The notes beneath the pieces are model-generated. The model was not told where the DNA came from and did no database searches. It saw nothing but the letters and a program-made list of their open reading frames with translations. From contig NW_027191471.1 in the NCBI RefSeq assembly GCF_011745625.1, positions 372,001-436,000 of the forward strand: 64,000 nucleotides of DNA, in the 5' to 3' direction. Shown in pieces: positions 12,749 to 26,889 of the stretch (position 1 is the first letter of the stretch; every line of letters begins with the position of its first letter). The stretch is from Cladosporium halotolerans. Lineage: Eukaryota. The position numbers and the translations under genes were made by a program.

Positions 12749-13693
12749 CCCACACCCTTGACACCGCCGATCCGCGAGCTTATGCCCCGGTCCGCCTTCC
12801 TCCCATCCACCGCAGTCCACTCCATCAACCCACTGCCGCCCTCCTCCTCCTCCAGCCCGGCCTCCAGCGCGCGTGCCGGCCGTGCTAGTGCCAGCGCCGT
12901 GGCCCACGCCCTGCGGCCACACACATCCCCATCCCCATCACATGCCACGCTGCAGTCCCGCCGCCCTGCACGTCCACATCATCCACCACCACCGCGTACA
13001 CGCGCACACCCTCCTATCCCTCTCCCCATCCCCTCCCTGCCCTGCCTACCCATCACCGATGATAAATGCCACGCCTCTCGCCCCATGCGTGCGTGCTTCC
13101 GCAGTAGTGCCTAGTGCCTCGCTCGCGCGCACCCCTTCAACGGCCAAATCTCCTCTTGGCTGCCCGTCGTGCCCTGAAACACCCTCCCCGGCTGCCGGCA
13201 GATCTTCAGGATGGCCGACTTGAGAGCGTCGCGCCCGGTGGAGCCAATCAAAGCTCCGAGTGCATCCCATACCGCCCGTCGTACGGTCTGGTCCCGCCTC
13301 GTCTTGCCGTCTGCCACGGCTGAAACCTGTCTACGAGCAGACGAAGGGCAGGGGTGTGTCTGGCCCTCGGGGCCTCCATGCGCAGAAATCAACCAAGCCC
13401 AATAATAATATACCGCTACTCGTCACCTGCGCTGCGTGCGAATCTCGATGCAGTGGCCATCGGTATCGGCCGCGCGTGATTGGCGCCAAAGCATCCCCGA
13501 GCGACTCGCGGCGGTCGTTGAGCATCAGCGGCAGCAGTACCACGCCCGCCTCGTCGCACAGCGAGCCGCTTCGAGCAACCCGAAAAGGACCAGACTCGAC
13601 GAGTCGCCCGCATCTGCTTCCCATTCCCAGCCACGAGAAAAAATTCTCGTGCCCTCCTGAATCATCAAACGGCCGCCGCGCTGACACCTACAG

Positions 13694-14600
13694 AGCCCAG
13701 ATCTTCCCCTCAACATCCCGCACAAACCACCCAGGGACCACCGCGCGCCTTCATGTAAGTCAGCCCGTTTCCCCTGACCCTTTCCCGCGCGCCGCATCGG
13801 TCTTGCGTCGCACAACCAGAATAGCAGTGGCTGGTCGTAGGCGCGATTCAGCATCTACCAAAAAATATCATGAAACCCGGTGTGTCGGCTAGTGGTTGAG
13901 ACGCGCCACGCTCTCGCCAGAGACATGTGTAGTGAGGGCTTGCCCAAAGTTGATTTTAGCTCGGCGCCTCGTCCAAACTTTACCGCACTGCTTCTTCGCC
14001 GCGGTACGAGTCGCGTGCTCAACCTTAAACTTTCGCTCGCGTTTCTCCCCGAGCGTCCCTCGACTTTTGGCGCCCGGGCCCGACCTCACCTCATCTCCTC
14101 CCCTCCCCCAGCTCTTCGATCATCTCAGGTGCCAAAATCAGTGTTCGCACCCTTGCAATGCACTCATGACTCGCGCTTGGGAGATGTCGGGCTGATAATC
14201 CCAACTCCATCTGATCATACTCCAGCAGTATACAAGGAACCCAAACCCACCCCAAACACAGCACAAAAGTCACCCACCATAGCTTCCCATCCGTCACCTT
14301 CCACTCCCCAAGCTCGATAAAACCCTTCGCGGCCACGTGAACGAACAGCGCGAGCACCCCACTCCACTCGCGCACACCACTCACGTCGCTCCCTCGAATG
14401 CCCCGATGACATGCCAGCAACCCAAGGCCAGGGACCCTGTCAGCGCCGCCGCCGCCGCCGAAGCTCCCAGAGCAGAGCTCTTCTGACTGACCGCTGCGCT
14501 GGTCGTGCCCCGCCCCACCCACACCTCCCATCTCACCTCACCTCACCTTCACCTCACCTCATCACGGTTGGCTGGGTACCCTTGTAAGCTTGTTGGGCGG
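13694..14600 (+). ncRNA. Candidate spliced non-coding transcript with a structured intronic RNA (about 13800-14080)
   Basis: Donor GTAAGT at 13755; acceptors at 14111, 14225 and 14417; no ATG-initiated ORF across the predicted exons; several nested helices with plus-strand G-U pairs. Confidence 0.4.
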
Positions 14601-15450
14601 GGACGTCATGGCTCGCGGTGACTCCGTCATCTTGCGTTGTGGGTTGTTTGTTTGTTGTTTGTCTTTTCTGCGCCTTGGGTGTTGTTGATAAGGAAGTTGG
14701 TCGTGTGTTCGAGCTATCACATGGCTTCTGCATGTCTTTTCTTGGCTGAGGCTAGTGCTACTTGACAGTGACAGTGAGGCAGCTCACGAGCACCATTACG
14801 AGTGCAGACCTCTCTTGCATCCGCACGGTATCTACGTCTCCTGCGTCCTGCTCACGTCTGCGGAATGGAATTACAGTAGCCATGTTGACGAGTGTAATCG
14901 ACTTTGGTACAGACGTGCCGCTTGAGAACTTCTACCTAGCAGGGTCACGGACTACGATCCGATCGTCCTAGCTCTCGAGCTTTCACAGACGGCGGGCAAA
15001 GCAGGCCTATCGATGCATTGATGGCGAGAGTAGATGAGGACATGTCCGTCTTTACAGAATATCCGCTTTGATAGTAAGGCCGAACGAGTCTATCGCTCGT
15101 ACTTGTTGGTGTCGCTCGCGCCTCTCCATTGCTTGCCTTTTCGGCTGCACTTCTCGCCAAAAGGATACATGCCATGAAGCGCGATTCTCAGTCGTAGCAT
15201 TGAGTAGATGAAGCTTTCTTCCTCGCGCGGACCCGTTATCGTGGGCACTTGTAATGATCCGATCGACTCTCCACCTTCTGATCCAACTATAAACACAAAC
15301 GCGCCGCCGCTATCCAAATGCCAGCAACGCTTTTCGAATCCCGAGTCCCTCAGTCCAAATCACAACCAATCCACACGCGCACAAAACCCTCCCAACCTCC
15401 CAACCTCACCCCCTTGTATCCTTCCCCGCCACCCCGCCAAGAAAAAAAGA

Positions 15451-18400
15451 TCAACTAGCAGTAATAAGCACATAGCTAGTGATAGCATCCATGCGCTCCG
15501 CGCTCAGCTTCATGACGACCTTCAGCAGCTCCCGCGCGACCTCGCCGTCCCGCTCCTGCAAGCGCTCCCACGCCTCGCGCGTCAGCAGCCACGCGACGCA
15601 GTCCATCTCCGCGACGACGCTGCTCGTCCGCAGCGTGCCGCTGAAGAACGGCAGCTCGCCGCACGTGGTGCCGGCCACGATGCTCTCGTGGTACGCGCCT
15701 TGCTCGAGGAAGTACTCGGCGCGCAGGATGCCGGACTGCAGCAGGTAGAAGGCGTCGGGCGCGTCGCCGCGGCCGTAGAGTTTCTGGCCGCGCGAGAAGG
15801 AGCGCTGCGTGAGGAAGGGCGACAGGCGGTGCCAGAAGTCTTCCGTGCGGGGCGTGAGGTCTTGGAAGGCTTGGAGGATGAGCGGGAGCGGTTGCTTGAG
15901 GGAGCGGTATTTGGCGGCCGAGGGGGTGGGGGTTTCGGTTATGGTTGTTGTTGCGGCGCGGTGGAGGAGGGCGCGGCGCGGGGAGCCGATGAGGGTGTCG
16001 AGGGCAGAGGCGGAGGGGGCGGCGGGCGCCGCCGGGGCGTTGGAGGAGGGGATTTGCATGGGTGGGGAGTCGGGGGTTTTGGGGTGGGGGGCGGTGTTGG
16101 AGCGCTGCTTTTCGGTGAGGATGACGAGGAGCTCGTTTTCGCAGGACTCGAGGGCGCCGTTCAGGTCTTCGAAGACTTTGGGTACGGGGATGCTGGGGTC
16201 TTCGCTGTTGGGGACGAAGAGGCCGACCATGCGGAGGGACTTGCCGACTTCGGCTTCGAGTGTGACGCCGGCGAGGGCGAGCTTGACGTCGCGCTTGTGG
16301 AGGATGCGGTTCATGCGGCTGAAGGCTTCTGCTGCGGAGAAGTCGATGCCGGTGACGTGGGTGAAGTCCAGGACGAGGTAGCGGATGGGCGCTGTGGCGA
16401 ACGCCTCTGCGTCCACCAGTGCGCGGACCTTCTTCTCGACTTTGACGATACTGCCGAAGAAGAGGTAGCCCCCGAGCTTGACCACGCGGATCTGCGGGCC
16501 AACCCTGTGGAGGTAGTTTCGTTGCCTCGGGTGTCTGCGGACCGTAGATTCGGCCACGGCACCTGAGAACTCGGCCCTGATGACCGTTTTCCTCGATGTT
16601 TGAACGACGTAGACGAGACAAGCAAGGCCAATGCCAATAGCAATACCCACAACGAAATCGTAGAGACCCATGACGAGAGCAATCACGACAATCGTGAAGT
16701 ACTCAAGGCGGTTCAACCTACCGTACGTCGCGACAAGAGCTTCCTGCGCAAGGTCAATTCCCAGCATGTAGATGAGAGTGCCGACGACCATGACAGGAAC
16801 ATAGCCGATGACAATCGGGCCAGCAACCCAAAGACCAGCAGTAGCCGCCGCAAGCATGTATCCAGCGAGGCGGCTGTCGCCACCAGTGTTGACGAAGAGA
16901 ACCGAGTTGACGAAGACAAGGTAGTTCTGGATACTGCCAACACATCCAGAGAGGGTGTTCGAAACACCGTGCATGATCAACTCGCGATTGATACTCACGT
17001 TGTCCTCTTGAACAACCATGGCCAAGTTAGGCACGTTGATAGGGACGTGCAGGATTCCGAAGAACGTCAGCGCGAACTGCGAGGGAATCGTCATCCAGAT
17101 CGCCTCCCAGTCAACGAGGCTGAACTTGTAGTAGCTGTAGAAATTGTAAAAGGGAACGCCAGCGGCTGGTGCTTCGAACACCCACCCGCCAGCGCGCAGG
17201 TCCTCCATGTTGATCGATGGGACTGCCGTTGTGACGATGTAGAAAATGGCCGTGATGGCGATGTAGTAAGCCGGCACCAGCCAGGGTCGATCGTAGAAGT
17301 GCTTGATCACGAGAAGCAAAATGGCCAAAACCAGAGGAGGAATCCAAAGCGGAACAGTGTCCGCAGAAAACAGCTTGTGCAAAACCTCCGAGGTGAACTC
17401 CAGATTACCATCCAGCCTGGCAGAAACCTCAATACCTGTGATGAAAAGGAACACACCAACGCCTCCAATACAGCCGGTGAGGATAGAGTGCGGGAAGAAA
17501 TTCACCAGAGTTCCGAGCTTCGCGCTTCCAAGGGCAAAAAAGACAATACCAGTCAACATCGAGCTCATGGCATATGAGGTGATGACCGTAGCGCGGAGCG
17601 CGTCGGGGTTTCCAGTGCCCATCTGACCCATAATCATGTAAGTCATCTTGTGAAAGAACGGGACCACTTCGATCATCTCCGATCCAACGCCGCCGCGGAA
17701 AATACTTCCAGTCGAGTAGACGACCTGAGCGATGATGCAGCTGACGTAGAACATCGAGACGCCGTCCGCTCCCATGTCCTTGAAGACTTCCTCGCCGAGA
17801 GGAAAGAGAATGATGCCGTAACTCAGCGCGTCCAGCAGATTGAGCAGCAGTCCGAGGAAGACGGCTGGCACCATCGTCACCGGGCGATAGACCACATCGT
17901 GGAAGATAGCAGCAGTGTCCCAGGTCTTGGGGTTAGCAGCTTTCCTCACTCTATTCCCAATTTGCCGCAGCGACGGATACTGGTGGCCCGTCCCATTCCA
18001 GATTCCAGCTTTCCGGTCAATAGTCTGGTCCTCGACATCGGCCTCTGCAACGCTGTTACGCTTGCGGTCCCCAGAAATTCGCCCCCTAGGCAGAAGACCC
18101 GTCCGCTCCGTAGGCTCCTCTCCACCCTCACTACTGATGACAACGTCCGGCACACTCTCGCTCGGTCGCCTAAACCCTTGATGCCTAGGAAAAGGCGAAG
18201 GCAGCAAGCTCGGGTTTTCATTCTCGGGCGTCCTGGCCAGCATCTCCGCGACGTCCGAAGCGACAGGCGGCGGCTCGCCCGAGCCGTCCGGCGTGACGGG
18301 CTCCGAGCGCTCGGCGATCGGGTCGTGGCGGCGGACGGTCTCGACGGACTGCAGCGAGCTGTCCTCGTCCGAGGGCTCGAACTGCTTGGCCATCTCGGAG

Positions 18401-18756
18401 TCGCTCAGGAAAGACGACGACAGCTCCGCGGTCTGCGCTCGCACGCCCGAGGACGAGTACTGCAGGGGCTCCTCGGTGCCGTGGCCGCCGGCGTGGTGGA
18501 TGTAGGATCTGGCGGGCAGGCCGTGGGAGGAGGACAGGATGCCGGAAGACATGGAGCCCGAGCGATTTCGGCCGCGAGACGAGGGCGGGTTGCGGCCTTG
18601 GCCGATGGCTAGGTTGTTGCTTGTGCTGGCGCTTGTGCTGGCGCCGGTGCCATTGTTGTTGTTCTGACCCGGGGAATCCGCGGGGTTCATGTCGTCTCCG
18701 GCATTGTTGAAGGGCAGCTGCTGCGCGGATGACTGCCGTCCCCACCGGAAGGACAT
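15451..18756 (-). CDS. SulP/SLC26-family transporter with STAS and cNMP-binding-like domains (Vsb1/YGR125W-like)
   Basis: 1101 aa, multi-TM core (GLLLNLLDALSYG, GSEMIEVVPFFH), STAS domain (LGGYLFFG, LVLDFTHVTGIDFSAAEAF) and C-terminal cNMP-like domain (GTTCGELPFF). Confidence 0.88.
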   Translation of the reverse strand: MSFRWGRQSSAQQLPFNNAGDDMNPADSPGQNNNNGTGASTSASTSNNLAIGQGRNPPSSRGRNRSGSMSSGILSSSHGLPARSYIHHAGGHGTEEPLQYSSSGVRAQTAELSSSFLSDSEMAKQFEPSDEDSSLQSVETVRRHDPIAERSEPVTPDGSGEPPPVASDVAEMLARTPENENPSLLPSPFPRHQGFRRPSESVPDVVISSEGGEEPTERTGLLPRGRISGDRKRNSVAEADVEDQTIDRKAGIWNGTGHQYPSLRQIGNRVRKAANPKTWDTAAIFHDVVYRPVTMVPAVFLGLLLNLLDALSYGIILFPLGEEVFKDMGADGVSMFYVSCIIAQVVYSTGSIFRGGVGSEMIEVVPFFHKMTYMIMGQMGTGNPDALRATVITSYAMSSMLTGIVFFALGSAKLGTLVNFFPHSILTGCIGGVGVFLFITGIEVSARLDGNLEFTSEVLHKLFSADTVPLWIPPLVLAILLLVIKHFYDRPWLVPAYYIAITAIFYIVTTAVPSINMEDLRAGGWVFEAPAAGVPFYNFYSYYKFSLVDWEAIWMTIPSQFALTFFGILHVPINVPNLAMVVQEDNVSINRELIMHGVSNTLSGCVGSIQNYLVFVNSVLFVNTGGDSRLAGYMLAAATAGLWVAGPIVIGYVPVMVVGTLIYMLGIDLAQEALVATYGRLNRLEYFTIVVIALVMGLYDFVVGIAIGIGLACLVYVVQTSRKTVIRAEFSGAVAESTVRRHPRQRNYLHRVGPQIRVVKLGGYLFFGSIVKVEKKVRALVDAEAFATAPIRYLVLDFTHVTGIDFSAAEAFSRMNRILHKRDVKLALAGVTLEAEVGKSLRMVGLFVPNSEDPSIPVPKVFEDLNGALESCENELLVILTEKQRSNTAPHPKTPDSPPMQIPSSNAPAAPAAPSASALDTLIGSPRRALLHRAATTTITETPTPSAAKYRSLKQPLPLILQAFQDLTPRTEDFWHRLSPFLTQRSFSRGQKLYGRGDAPDAFYLLQSGILRAEYFLEQGAYHESIVAGTTCGELPFFSGTLRTSSVVAEMDCVAWLLTREAWERLQERDGEVARELLKVVMKLSAERMDAITSYVLITAS

Positions 18757-19834
18757 GACGGTCGGGGCGATATTAAGTGTTTAGTAGAAATGATTGGCTG
18801 ACGATGTTGCGTGAGATGAGAGAATATTCGCGCAATAATGATGGCCGCGGCTGCTCCCTTCGCCCGCAGCCAGGGAGGTGTAGAGAGCGGCGCGTGAATG
18901 CGTGCAAGTGAAAGCCAAAGGTGCCGGTCCCGTGGAGAAACAAGGGCAAACGCTACCAGGTTACCAGCGGTACATGTCGACGTGCGCAATGCCGCGTCCG
19001 GAAAAGCAAAATACAATTGGAGACAAATGAAGAAAAAAAGGTGGTGCACGCTGCAGGAAGCCGGTCGCTCCCAAGCGCGTGCAGAAAGTGACGCCGAAGT
19101 GCTGGGGAGGGGAGGCGCGGCGGCGTGTGGCTGCAGCTGGTAGGGTTGGTTCGAGGCCTGGCAGGCGTTGCGCGCTCTCAAGAAAACTTTCCCCAATGCG
19201 CGCCTTAGGTTGGACCCGGCGGCCGTGCAAGCCCTCAACCTGGTCGCGCCGCCCGGCCCGCGCATAGCAGTCTCCACGCCGTGCGCGACGGCACTGGAAA
19301 GTCTGATACTAGCAGTACTGATACCGGCCCGTTTTCTCGTTTATCAATTTGCCCATGCCTTTATCTGTCTGACGTAGCCCTGGGCGTTACTAAGGCAGTG
19401 TGTTTCCAACGTCCAACGCCCCTTCACATGCGCCATCAACCGCCGTTCGCAATGCTGACGTTAGGGAAAGCTCATGCAGCATGCAGCACCGCCGGTCGCA
19501 CGGGGATGTAGATTGACACCTGCAGGCGCAAACCTGCAGCCCGCCTGCAGTGTCCAAAGCCAGGGCTGGACGTCGCCACAGTAGCTCCAATCCTTGCTGT
19601 CTTCTCCGCTTGTCAGGCCATGAGCTACCGCCGACTTCGCGGTTTCGTGCTTTACCCGGGCGTGCTGGAAGTCGGAACTGACTTTCGGCTGAAGACCCAG
19701 GGCGGCTTGTACGTACGAGGTACTTAGTCGGCGGCATGCGAGAGTGGAGAGGGGTAAAGGTTGAAGGAATCACAAAGCTTGTCTGGTCTGTGAAGCGTGC
19801 ATGTGCTCCAGCCGGATTGCTCTGTGAATGTTTA

Positions 19835-19861
19835 CCCTAACCCTGACCCTAACAGCCCTAA
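19835..19861. repeat. Short interstitial telomere-like repeat
   Basis: CCCTAA CCCTGA CCCTAA cag CCCTAA. Confidence 0.7.
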
Positions 19862-20352
19862 ACTTCAACTCCATTGTCCACTTCTCAGGTGCGATGAATC
19901 TTTGGTTTGGCCAGGTCAATCGTACAAGATTATGCTCCAATGACCGATGCCCGAAGTCATAATTCGATTAAACTTAGAAGCACATACTCCGTTGCGGCAG
20001 CGTGCAGGCATTTCTTGAACGTGGACGGCAAAAGACCAGCAGCACAGCCGATGGTCGGCCGCGACCTTGATGGTCATCCACCAATTCTGACCGAAAATTA
20101 TTGAACGATCAATGGAAATCAAAGTCAGCTGACAGTGATACAGCTTTCATTTCACGACGGTCGCAACCATCGAGACTCATCAGGAGGAAATACATAACAA
20201 ATCTAAATCCGCTCTGCGCATCGGGTGTGGGTAATGCATCCAGAACGCCTTTGTCCGACAAGCAAGCAAACTCCCCATTTCCACCATCCATGCCATATTG
20301 TAACAACGCTCAAATAAACATCATGATAGCCTAGCTCTTCACCTCACCACTT

Positions 20353-22141
<1,789 letters not shown>

Positions 22142-22979
22142 TGCGAAGATCGTCTAAGCGGTAAGATCACAATCCTCCAGATGACACGAAGACAGGCGAT
22201 TGCAGGAAGAGCAAGAGCGCAGAGCTCTATATCTTTTGCGAGCTCCAGCCAATGCGTCCACGCGCGGCTGGCCGCGGCTTTGAAGCTGCGTCAAAGCACC
22301 AGAGCAGTTTTGTGGGGGTTCGGCAGGGCTGCCGGGTTGCGCGCCATCGGTGGAACGCCGGCCATTTGCATCTGCTGGCGATCTCGCCCTGACACGGCGG
22401 TAATCGTCGGCTCCCTGCCCGTTCGTTATCGCCTTTTTCTCTGCAATGTTCCATATTCAGCTAATTGCACGCGGTGCTAGCTTTTCACTGTTGATATCAC
22501 CGTCCGGGGAGCGCTCGCAATGAGCACAAGCGCCGAAGATCGGAGCGCTGCAGAATGTGGGGGATCTGGGGCGTGGAAAGTTCTTCGCGGCATGAGTGTG
22601 ACATGAGCCGAATGCTGCGGAATAATGAGTTGCTCGTCGCCCACGCGCTCGCCCGTGACTTACTCGAGCGCCTCGGTGCGCTTTCCAGAACACAAGATAT
22701 GTGAGTACGCCCGTGGAGCATTGGCAACGACGAGCATGATTCGAATGAGCATTTCTTTCGTCACAGCAGGCAAGTCTCTCTTGCAAGCCATGCGTGCGCA
22801 CAACACCGCCAACAATGTCCTTCATCCTCACATACTGCGAAACAAGCTCGATTGAACAGACAGCAGGAACGTAAATGCCATTGATTCTTGTTCTCATTGC
22901 CCTCCTCTGCAATCCAGTGCTATGCTTTTATGTTGTACCTCTATAAATGTGCCAAATAAATCGCAGATCTGCGACCGCT

Positions 22980-23756
22980 CTACTTGAGCAGACCCTCCTT
23001 CTGAAGGTAGTCCGTGATGATCTTGACGGCCTCCTCGACGCTGGTCTTCTCGCTGTGGATGTGGATCTCAGGCTTCTCCGGGGCCTCGTAGGGCGCGCTG
23101 ATGCCGGTGAACTCTTTGATCTCGCCGGCGCGAGCCTTCTTGTAGAGGCCCTTGGGGTCGCGCTTCTCAGCCTCCTCGACGGGGATGTCGACGAAAACCT
23201 CGATGAAGGGGAGAGGGGCGTCGTTGGTCTTGGTCTCGGCGTGGAGGTCACGGGCGAGCTGGCGGTCGGCCTTGTAGGGGGAGATGAAGGAGGTGAGAGC
23301 GAGGGTGGTGCTGTCGGCGAAGAGCTTGGCAACCTGTCGCGCTGTGTCAATAGGAGAAGGCTGGGTGCGAGATGGCATGTTTCATACCTCAGCGATACGC
23401 CTGATGTTCTCCTCGCGGTCCTTGGGAGAGAAACCGAGGTCCTTGTTCAGGCCGAAGCGGACATTGTCGCCGTCCAGTCTGTAGGTCTGGAGACCGAGGT
23501 GAAGAAGGTGCTGCTCGAGAGCGATGGCGATGGTGGACTTGCCGGAAGCAGAGAGACCGGTGAACCAGACAGTGGCACCCTTCTGCTTGCGGAGATCAGT
23601 GCGCTCGGCGCGGGTAAGGCCAGCGTGCCAGGTGATGTTGCTATCGTGCGGATTAGGCGGTGTTGATATTTTGTTGGGCTTGCGAAAGGGCGATCGCGGG
23701 GTCATGGAGGGGCATGGGAGCACCTATGCCGCAGAATGGAAGACTCACGTGGCCAT
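22980..23756 (-). CDS. MET14: Adenylyl-sulfate (APS) kinase; complement(join(22980..23333,23388..23640,23749..23756))
   Basis: NITWH, P-loop [29 protein letters not shown] and [11 protein letters not shown]; two canonical introns. Confidence 0.95.
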
Positions 23757-25080
23757 TGTGTTGGTGAATGTGGAAGATTTGGGATATTGAAAGTAGAAAA
23801 GTCGATGGTATGTGACTGCGACCGGAGTTGTGTCCTGCGCGCTGAAACTGCTGAGATAGTAATTATTCTGGCGTGTCGGGATTGCGACATTCGTCATGCA
23901 GCGTGAGTGGCTCGTGTGGGTCAGGGACATGGGACCTGGCATGGCACAGCGCCGAGTTCGGGGCGTCTCGGGACGCGCGTAGACCTCACGTCTTCTGGCC
24001 GCTAGTGAACGTATCGAGATACCTCACGATCGTTCTGCGAACGAACGTATTGCGAACGTATACCACGATGTAACCGATGGCGGGCGAGATGAAAAAGCCC
24101 TCCATCATCCCGGCCGCCTGGTTGACCGCCATTTTCGAAGTTGGCATCGCTCACGCGAGGAAAGCGCGAGGGCATGCGATGTGACCGTACCAGTAGACAA
24201 AGAATCGCGTTGACATTGTTAGGCAGGAACGTGTGTGGGATCTCATCTTGATGCAAGACTATATCGCTATAATGCTCGGACGCAAGTCGCAATGCCTGAA
24301 GCGCGCGCTGAGCGCTGGCCTGTTGCACGGCGACGGGCACGACGGGGATGATCCGAAAGGACATACCCAGGCATTGATGAGGCAGGTGGGATAGCGAACG
24401 CAATGGAAGGAGCTGACCATGTGGCGGTCAGACCATTGCGCACGATTTCCAATCCTGCGATGCCACACCTGGACCTCAGCCCTTGTCGCATGGGCCTTTT
24501 TGGCAACCCCCTGCGCGTCTGCCGTTAGCAATTACGCTTTCATGTCGCTTCAAGATCCTCATCGTCCAAGACCAAGAATGATTATCGCTCGCTCGTTACC
24601 TTGCCCACACCATTGCTGGCGGACGCGCGCTGCGACTCGACCCGCTTGGGCTTAGTCGCGCGAGCGCGAGGCTTGCAGGTCGAATTAACCTCACTTCACC
24701 GACCTCCCAAAGCGGCCGTGCCCCGCTTGCGTGCGCAGTGTCGAAAAGGTGCTCGCACTCCGCCAGCGACAACTCATGCGTCCTCCACCTTCACCCAACT
24801 TCCTCACCCACCTCATCTCTCACAAGCAAACACTCCAACCACACTCTTAATCCGTCTTCACCGTTCGGACTCAAACGATCATCGCATTAACAGCACGCAT
24901 ACATTCACTCGTCGCGCTGGCTCGCGGCGCTTGAGTGCGCTCTAATTGCTCACTTTCACGCACAATTCTCGATTTACCACCCGCAGCAACGACTCTACTC
25001 CATCAACGTCAGCTTCAACAAGTTCTTACTACTTGCATCAAACAGCAACATCACCAGTTTCCATCAACGAACATTTAGCA

Positions 25081-26741
25081 ATGCCCAGCGACGGCCAGCC
25101 ATCGGCTTACGAGAGCCTTCACGCCATCGCGCGCAAGGCGGACGCCTCTGCCCCTAATCATCACGCTCAGAAGAGCAACTGGACTCCCTCAATGCTTAGC
25201 ATGCTTCCTTCTGTCGGTGCCGTCAAGGCTGTCGCTTGGTCCTTCACTAAGCCGGCGAGATGGCTCTGGACTCAAGGTGAGCTCACCAATTCTTCATCGG
25301 CCAGAACGTACGAAGCTAACTCTCAATGCCAGGCACGACCGGTCGCGGCCGCAGCGACCAGAACGAATGGCAGGAGTCTGTGAAGAATGCGGACATTCTG
25401 CATGCCTGCAACGAGCGCTATGTATGTCGCATCGCATCGCCGTCGCACAGCGCAGACTTACTGACGTTCTTCCAGGAAGCTATTAGGCGTGCGCGCATGG
25501 AGTATGAAGAGGCAACCAACACCGTGGTCACTAGCGCGCTCGGCCACCGCATTCCCGCCAGAGTCACGCCAGCACAGGATGGCGTAGACACTTCGCCCTC
25601 GGGTCCTGCAGGCTCGTTCTGGTCCAATGACCGCATCACGCCTCCTCCACCGTCCAACCATCAATCAATCCTTGACAGCAACGCAACTGGATTCGTCTCA
25701 CGTGAGCCTACTCCAGCCCGCCCGCAGGGTCTCTATCAACCTCATTCAGCTTTGCGTGATCCCGACTTCTTCAAGTTTGCCGACGCAGACGACAGACTTC
25801 CGCGCGGGAACATGAAAGACAACACCGACACCGAGTCTTCTAGCTCGAGTGATTCCAAGAAATCCAAGTCCAAGTCCAGTCCTCGTGTGGATCCGCTTGT
25901 TCAGCTCATGCGATGCGACAATGACGGCATGGTTCTGTTTGGACGCTGGAAGCATCACAAGGATGCGCCTCTCTCCTCTGTCAGGGACTTGATCGAGAAG
26001 GAGTTCCGTGAGCCTGGCTGCTGCTCTTTGTACGGGTCCGGCATCCTCCCTATCAAGGACCACCCACTGGTACTAATCTATAACGCACGTCTAAATGCTC
26101 TTTCGAAGGATAAGGCGTTCGATCCTGCAACCGAGCCTCCGCTCTCACCGATTATGATGCTGGGACATGACGAAAGCCAGCGCGCTTCGATGCGCCTCAA
26201 GACTTTAGAACAAGATGGTGGCAAGCCCAACAAAGACGGCATTTGGCAGGACCCTCCATTCAAGCCGCGCTCAGCATCGACCAGCTCCACCATCATCAGC
26301 CTTGATAACGACGATGCTTCACGCCCGTCAAAGAAGACCTTGTCGAAGAGTATTCCGCCGAAGACTATGAAGAAGAGCAACTTGTGCGCCTCGGGAGTCC
26401 AAGGGGAGCGTCCGCAGATTGCAACTCCAGTCCAGCCCAGGGATACTAGCCTACCCATCTACGCCGACTTCGAGAAGCCAGCAGCAATGCACGATTCCAA
26501 GCTGAACTGGGATTGGCTCGTGTTCAATGCTCCTGAGCTTCCCCTGCCGAAGCCAGTGGCTTACGTCTCCGCTCGTTACGTCGTAGAGGTCTGTGACAAG
26601 CCCGCTCAGGCCAAGAAGCATAATAGGTCTCCGCCAGGCATCCCCATGGCCCGTACGACTACAGTCAGGTCCAGGACTTTCCAGCCGCCGCTTGGCGAGC
26701 AGAGACGCGTTCGCATGGCTCGCACGACCAAAGTAATGTAG
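25081..26741 (+). CDS. Hypothetical protein, three exons (introns at about 25278..25332 and 25422..25475)
   Basis: Consistent splice signals (GTGAGC/CTAAC/CAG and GTATGT/CTGAC/CAG) join the ORFs in frame; S/P/K-rich; no recognisable domain. Confidence 0.6.
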
Positions 26742-26889
26742 GAGGCACGTGATGGTACTTTTGTTATAGCGCAGTGATCATGTGACTCGTTTTTGCTTAC
26801 AACCAAGTACTGCTTCAATCAATGCTCTCCAATGGAAAAATGAGTTTTGTGCTGCTACCCTCTCCTATCGACTATCAAGAGTGAATTCT

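Noticed and set aside
11915..13900. Many long overlapping ORFs (for example 11915..12922)
   Set aside because: GC-rich, low-complexity promoter DNA with few stop codons; the translations have no coherent domain or codon pattern.
14129..14195. 22-aa micro-ORF (MCQNQCSHPC...) from an intron-split ATG
   Set aside because: It requires skipping a better upstream acceptor at 14111 and has no supporting evidence.
19800..20340. Telomerase RNA gene (template-like ACCCTAACCCT)
   Set aside because: Only about 0.5 kb remains before the convergent PUT2 end, and no pseudoknot or CR4/5 element is recognisable.
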